This document shows, one piece after another, positions 60,401 to 64,000 of a DNA stretch of 64,000 bases (the first letter of the stretch is position 1; every line of letters starts with the position of its first letter). This stretch comes from Squalus acanthias (Eukaryota), in assembly GCA_030390025.1 (NCBI GenBank), contig CM059425.1, positions 166,720,001 to 166,784,000 on the forward strand. The letters are read 5' to 3'. The position numbers were made by a program, and so were the translations under genes. A model generated the notes under the pieces. That model was not told the DNA's origin. It did no database searches and saw only the letters and a list, made by a program, of their open reading frames with translations.

Positions 60401-62202
60401 ATGTGATGGTCAGTGACAGAGGGAAGGTAAGGAGTGTGGGACTGTTGGTGAATGGGGAATTGGGGTTGAGGTTACCGATATCGCACTTGAATTAGTTCTT
60501 CACGTATAGCCTGGGCAGAAAGGGACTGTCTAGGTTGCAGCTCCCTTCATCTTCCTCCTCTTCCACCTCCTCCTCGTGCTCCTTCTCCTCAGCTTCTCAC
60601 CTGATAGGTGGTGGCAAGGGCTGTTACCGCATGATGGCAAGGTTATGCAGCATGCAGTATACCACCACGAATTTTGAGAACTGCAGGGTTCCTCCAGAGC
60701 GGTCCAAGCAGCGGAATCAGTGCTTCAGCACCCCAATGGTCTGCTCTATGACATTTCTTGTGGCAGCATGGCTCTCATTGGATGCATGCTGTACACGTGT
60801 TCGTTGGTTGCGAGCTGGCATCATGAGCCATGTCAGATAGCCCTTGTCGCCCAGTAGCTACTCTTTGATTTGTGGACTGGAGCAGAATGAAGGCATCATG
60901 ACTGCTGCCAGGTTACTGGCCATTGACCTGCATGATGCGCTGCCTATGGTCACACACCAGCTGCACATTGAGGAAGTGAAATCCCTTTCAGTTCCGGTAT
61001 ATGGTAGAGTTGAGATGAGTTGCATGCAACGCAATGTGTGCAGTCAATGGCACCCTACATCACGGGGAAACCTGCAATCCTTGCAAACCCTTGTGATCTC
61101 TCCGCCTGCTTCTCTTTGGCAAGAGGGAATGAAATGAAGTTATCTCTCTTTGAATAGAGAGCCTCAGTGACTTCCCTTATGCAACAGTGCACTGCAAACT
61201 GAGATGTTGCTAATATCTCTAGCTCCAGCCTGAAAGAGCCAGACACACACAAGTTCATAGCCATGATCACCTTCACAGCCACTGGCAATGCGGTCCTTTT
61301 CCTGCTCTGAGTTTGCAGTTGTGGCTGTAGCAGTTGGCAGGTTTCAGTGACGACCTCCTTAGTGAAGCGCAGACGTCTCAAACATTGGTTGTCACTGAGG
61401 TTCAGGTAGGAGAATTGCTCCTTGAGCACCCTGGCTGGGTGTGGCCCTTCTCCTCCACCCTCCTCCTCCCTCTTCCAGCAACTTGTCCTGCTCTGCGTGG
61501 CCTCTGCTCATTCTCCCAGTCATGTTCGATTCCAAGAGGAAGGCCTACTAGTGCACCCAGATCTGGGAGCAACTGGTTTGTGCAGAAACCTTGAATTCAG
61601 CAAAAATGATTTCAGGGCCTGCCACAATACTCCCTGTCAATGTTTGAAAATTTAAACAACTATGGAAAGCACCAAAAAAGTGTAGAATTGTAGCAAAAGT
61701 AGAAGAAATCAACCAGCAACTAACCTGTAAGTAGTTGATGATCCCTTTAAATAGCACTGGTGGCATGTTAATCTGTGTGAAGTTAAAAGAGGGTGTCAGC
61801 TGGAGTGTGGAGCTCCAAAATGGCAATGCTGCCGTCAAAGCAGCGTTTCATGCTGATTGACATCATGATCTCCCTGCCCAAAAAAACGGGCGCAACCGAG
61901 CCCAATTTCATCCCACACATCTCCAATCTACATGCAAGACAGACTTGGAGAAAATCACCAGTTGAGTCAATGCAATATCCATTACCCATAGAAGGTGGGA
62001 GCAGGCAAGGAAGAGACAATAATACAGGAAGAAATCTAACTTTCAAGACTGTGAGCAGTAGGTCACAGGAGATCAAATGTCAACACTATCTGATCAAACT
62101 GCAGTGGAATTATTTAACCTGGAAGTGATAACTGAAGATAGCTGAAGGATATATATGCCAGTAACAACAGTATTTCTTGTGCACCTATGGATCAAATATA
62201 CC

Positions 62203-63800
62203 GGCCTAGAAACTGGACATCGATAGAAACCTGCCGATGTCACTGCGGCCCAGGTTTACGACCAATAAAAATGGCGATAGTGCTACAGGACAAAAATTCA
62301 TACTTGGGGCTCACGATTTGTAGCGCCGTGCTAACTTACCGTGTAACACCCTCCAGGTGGCGTTAGTGGAGGCCTCCGACCCGAAGTTCCCATCCAGGTG
62401 CAGCGTTGCAGCTTCTTACAGCCTCTGGGAGTGAGGCTGTGGTGTTCGCAAGGAATTGTGGGCAATTAAAAGGGCTATGATTTAAAGGGGCAATGCATTC
62501 AGAACTAATAAAAATCACAGTGCAGTGAAAAAATGCAACTTTCAGCCCTTACTGCCTTTCAAAAAAAATGACCATTAAAAAGAAGCCCCAAATGGGATTC
62601 TTCAGCACTTAAAGCTGAATTCCCTTCCGAACCTCAAAAAATGGAAAAAGTGCTTCAGCACTAACAGAAATGGCTCAGCAAGCCAGGGAAGGGGCATCCA
62701 GGGTCTCACATGCAGCACTCCAGCTTTGTGGAGGGGGTCAACACTGCAAGAAAGATCCTCCACCCACAGGGGCCAGGAGGCCCTCCAGAAAGAAGGATGT
62801 GGGACTACATCACCGAGGCCATCACTGTCAGCAGTGTCACCCCCAGCACCTGACTCCACTGCCCAAAGAAGCTTCATGACCTCAGACCATTGGTCAAGGT
62901 CAGTGAATGCATCATCAAAAGCTGTCTCCTACCAACTGCATCACTAGCCTCACACATTGCTCAATGCATGACTCCCCCCTCCACCGAATCACTCACCTAC
63001 CAACAATCTGTACCAATCACAAGGCACATCTCCCATTCCGGTGCAGGCCATTCTCGGCCGGGTCATGGCTGAGCCCTTGGCCAGTGGCAGGGCTGAAAGG
63101 ATACAAGATGATGGTATCCTCATATGTTATCCTCCTTCTGGCATGCACCTTTTGCTATCCTGCCCTCCCCGTACCACAACTCTACCCTTGTGCCTTCCTC
63201 ATTTCACACACCCAAGAAATCCAGCCTACCCCGCCAGTGGTTGGCCAAGAAGAGGGAGAGGAGAGTGAAGAAGAAGAAGAAGATTGATTTGACACGCCCA
63301 GCCACCAGCTCCTCAAGGTCGACCAGCAAGGCAATTTGCAGTGACCCCACTGAAAGTCAGCAGCCTTCCACCAGCCATGCAGTAGCCACTGGGGCAGCAC
63401 AGTGTGACATCAGTAAAATAGGCAAAGGCACACACAAGACAGTCACTAAGAGAATGCATAAGGGTGATGAGTTGATTTCTTGATGTCATATTGGATGGAT
63501 AAATGTATAAAGTTGGATTGGAAAGTTTGCTTTGTGTTGGCTTTTGTTTCAGCATCGTGGCCAAGAGGACGCTGTGATGGTCAGTAACAGAGGGAAGGTA
63601 AGGTGTGGGGCTAATGTTGAAAGGGGAGTTGGGGTTGTGGTCACTGGTACCGCAGGCGGATGATTCCATCCCGGATATCCCGGCCAGAAAGGGGCTGTCT
63701 GTGTTGCATCCCTCCTTCTGCTTCCTCCTCTTCTGCTTCCTCCTCCTCGGTTTCTTCCTCTTCTGTTTCTTCCTCTTCTGTGTCTTCCTCTTCCCTCTGC
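62203..63800 (+). mobile_element. Heavily deleted Harbinger copy
   Basis: Terminal GGCCTAGAAACTGG, Myb start MAQQAREGASRVSHAAL at 62670, exon-3 remnant QQPSTSHAVATGAA, and the acidic transposase C-terminus on - at 63641-63800. Confidence 0.7.
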
Positions 63801-63802
63801 GA

Positions 63803-63950
63803 GCGGATGCTGTAAATCTGAAATGACAGCATAAAATGCTGGAAATACTCAGCCGGTCAGGCAGCATTTTGACCTGAGACGTGAACTCTGTTTCTCTCTC
63901 CATGGATGTTGTCTGACCTGCTGAGTATTTCCAGCATTTTCTATCTTTTC
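63803..63950. mobile_element. Inverted pair of Penelope pseudo-LTR fragments
   Basis: 35-bp arms at 63833-63867 and 63906-63940 (32/35 complementary) match the PLE motif at 38985-39015. Confidence 0.7.
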
Positions 63951-64000
63951 TGTCTCCTTTACCATCCAAGGCCTTGCAAGCATCCAGCAGCACTCCCTAT

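Larger units (their letters stand above)
57229..61913 (+). mobile_element. Old Harbinger copy with its centre replaced by an L2
   Basis: Myb exon 1 MADHGRERAPRFSNAALKVLVEEV at 57527 and exon 2 at 58048. Transposase remnant at about 60470-61560 on - (QFSYLNLSDNQCLRRLRFTKEVV). Right end cccaatttcatccc. Confidence 0.78.

Noticed and set aside
63313..63993. 226-aa Lys/Arg-rich ORF
   Set aside because: It spans PLE and Harbinger remnants. The basic tract is an alternate-frame reading of the Glu-rich transposase tail.

Overview
This window is eukaryotic and almost entirely transposon-derived, so it is probably intergenic or intronic. The CR1 tails, Deu-type SINE and Penelope pseudo-LTR motifs suggest a cartilaginous fish, which is an inference. 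I found no supportable host gene, RNA gene or CRISPR array. Contents: (1) About nine PIF/Harbinger DNA transposon copies or remnants, which carry a 3-exon Myb/SANT gene and/or a convergent DDE transposase gene. One copy (15903-20159) has an intact 386-aa transposase and a Myb gene broken only by one extra G in a G10 run. An inverted 893-bp non-autonomous derivative sits 160 bp away. (2) A young Ty3/Gypsy LTR retrotransposon (31654-36131) with a 1266-aa gag-pol ORF and 194-bp LTRs differing at 5 positions. It has no tRNA primer-binding site but has an 11-bp LTR/leader inverted repeat, and its RT motif is YLDN. (3) Penelope-like elements carrying minimal hammerhead ribozyme motifs. (4) Many CR1 and L2 LINE pieces, SINEs, Harbinger-type and hAT MITEs, and a 1.1-kb solo LTR. 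Elements are deeply nested. Boundaries of old copies are approximate. All family calls rest on motif recognition, not database searches.
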